Shown: one piece after another, positions 61,946 to 64,000 of the stretch
Position numbering within the stretch: the stretch's first letter is position 1
Layout: each line of letters begins with the position of its first letter
Source of the DNA: the human T2T-CHM13v2.0 reference genome, Homo sapiens
Direction: 5' to 3' (one strand)
Assembly (NCBI RefSeq): GCF_009914755.1
Contig: NC_060941.1
DNA length: 64,000 nucleotides
Made by a program: the position numbers and the translations under genes
The notes under the pieces: model-generated
What the model saw: the letters and a program-made list of their open reading frames with translations, nothing else
Database searches by the model: none
What the model was told of the DNA's origin: nothing

Positions 61946-62215
61946 ATAATCTAGGAGGTAAGCATGGGACTCAGCTAGTCCAAACAGCCCTTCCCTGGGC
62001 TTTTAAAATTGGAGCTATAGGGCCAGGTTCTTTTCCCAATCAGATGGCGAAGATTTGGGGGATGCATTCCTATCACACAGAGAAAGCCCTTCTGCAATAG
62101 AGGCAGCCACATGTCTGCCTTTATTAGTTAGGGCCAAGCTAAGCTGCTACATATAACAAAAAGGCCACTGAAAACAGTGGCTCACACAAAAGAAATGTTT
62201 ATTTCCCTCTCTTAG

Positions 62216-63885
<1,670 letters not shown>

Positions 63886-64000
63886 AGATATTATTTTCTC
63901 TTAAGTTATATTTATGGCCCAGGCAAAACTAATATTGCATTTCTGTGTCATACCTATTAGAAGTTAAGGAGCTATTTATACTATTAATTTCAAAAGTTAA

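Overview
Human (primate) genomic DNA, recognisable from the encoded proteins as the 17q12 AP2B1-RASL10B-GAS2L2 region. Bases 1-32.3k hold the 3' part of AP2B1 (+): four terminal coding exons for the beta2-adaptin appendage, a ~2.7 kb 3'UTR, and an intronic RPL17 processed pseudogene. The complete RASL10B gene (+; 4 exons, 203 aa, CAAX) follows behind a CpG island, then the complete GAS2L2 gene (-; 6 exons, 880 aa) convergent with it. Exon lengths I derived from GT-AG sites add up to intact frames for both complete genes. Introns and intergenic DNA are dense in Alu, L1, L2, MIR and MER elements, and most ORF-track entries are repeat- or GC-derived noise. Most notable observations: (1) a ~380 bp non-Alu inverted duplication with nested hairpins in an AP2B1 intron; (2) phase-compatible exons that would give an in-frame AP2B1-RASL10B read-through fusion; (3) a 117-aa overlapping uORF in RASL10B whose stop lies 48 nt before the last junction; (4) a canonical RFX X-box and a CTCF/YY1 site; (5) several template-switch scars. 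All of these are hypotheses from sequence only; nothing here demonstrates a new biological system.
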